Part shown: positions 63,698 to 64,000 of the stretch, piece by piece
Position numbering within the stretch: the stretch's first letter is position 1
Layout: every line of letters starts with the position of its first letter
Source of the DNA: an uncultured Gemmatimonadales bacterium
Lineage (GTDB): Bacteria; Gemmatimonadota; Gemmatimonadetes; Gemmatimonadales; Gemmatimonadaceae
Direction of reading: 5' to 3'
Assembly (NCBI GenBank): GCA_963793305.1
Contig: CAWBZV010000003.1
Span: 1-64,000 of the forward strand
DNA length: 64,000 nucleotides
Notes under the pieces: generated by a model
Databases searched by the model: none
What the model was told of the DNA's origin: nothing
The model's input: the letters and a program-made list of their open reading frames with translations, nothing else
Position numbers and translations under genes: made by a program

Positions 63698-64000
63698 GTG
63701 CAAAAGAGATTAGTGACGGCGGAAGAGTATGCGGAAGGGTCCTGGGGCGACGAGACGACCCAAGAGGAGCTCGTGCGCGGGGTCGTGATGTGCGTGCGCG
63801 ACCTTCCGCCCACACATGCACACGGCGCGACCAAGAGGCGCGTCTTTCTTCTTCTTCACGAATTCGTGAATGCCCACCGCCTCGGATACGTGTGGTCCGA
63901 GGACGGCTTCATCCTCGAACGGGGACCGGACACAGTTCGGATACCGGAACGTTTATTTCATACGAGATGAGCGCGTGGACCTGGACGTCCACCCGTACCC
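63698..64000 (+). CDS. Uma2 family (PD-(D/E)xK) endonuclease, partial
   Basis: GGAGG SD; T.EEY...ELVRG...P...HG...GFIL..GPDTVR.P N-terminal pattern; runs to the window end with a probable frameshift. Confidence 0.7.

Noticed and set aside
58517..64000. DUF488 and Uma2 genes as an anti-phage defence system
   Set aside because: They are isolated, common genes among housekeeping loci with no defence-island partners.

Overview
GC-rich bacterial sequence, probably a metagenomic or long-read consensus, that looks chimeric. Segment A (1-~17030) resembles Acidobacteriota (Solibacter/Bryobacteraceae-like; inference from gene content and repeats) and has many indel frameshifts. It carries an S46 peptidase end, AhpD, a CmcI-family methyltransferase, an AmmeMemoRadiSam enzyme, galT and a priA truncated at ~17030. 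Its main highlight is a tightly coupled putative ceramide/sphingolipid operon: DUF3047, CerR-like reductase, Aur1/IPC-synthase-like PAP2 protein, bCerS-like GNAT and serine palmitoyltransferase. It also holds GTAG-type REPs (one inside a CDS) and an AT-richer single-gene cassette bounded by inverted dif/Xer-like sites. Segment B (~17030-17578) is a fragment of an unrelated Cys-rich repeat protein. Segment C (~17578-64000) resembles Gemmatimonadota, has few frameshifts and is mostly housekeeping: M20 dipeptidase, GT39, YyaL, acyl-CoA dehydrogenase, nadBAC, two ABC importers, ndh, PIG-L deacetylase, sucA, recQ, MscS, TonB receptor, SufE, CDGSH and leuCDB. Segment C shows repeated leaderless and bidirectional promoter architecture. 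No rRNA, tRNA, CRISPR array, transposase or integrase was recognised. All calls come from motif recognition by eye; no database searches were run.
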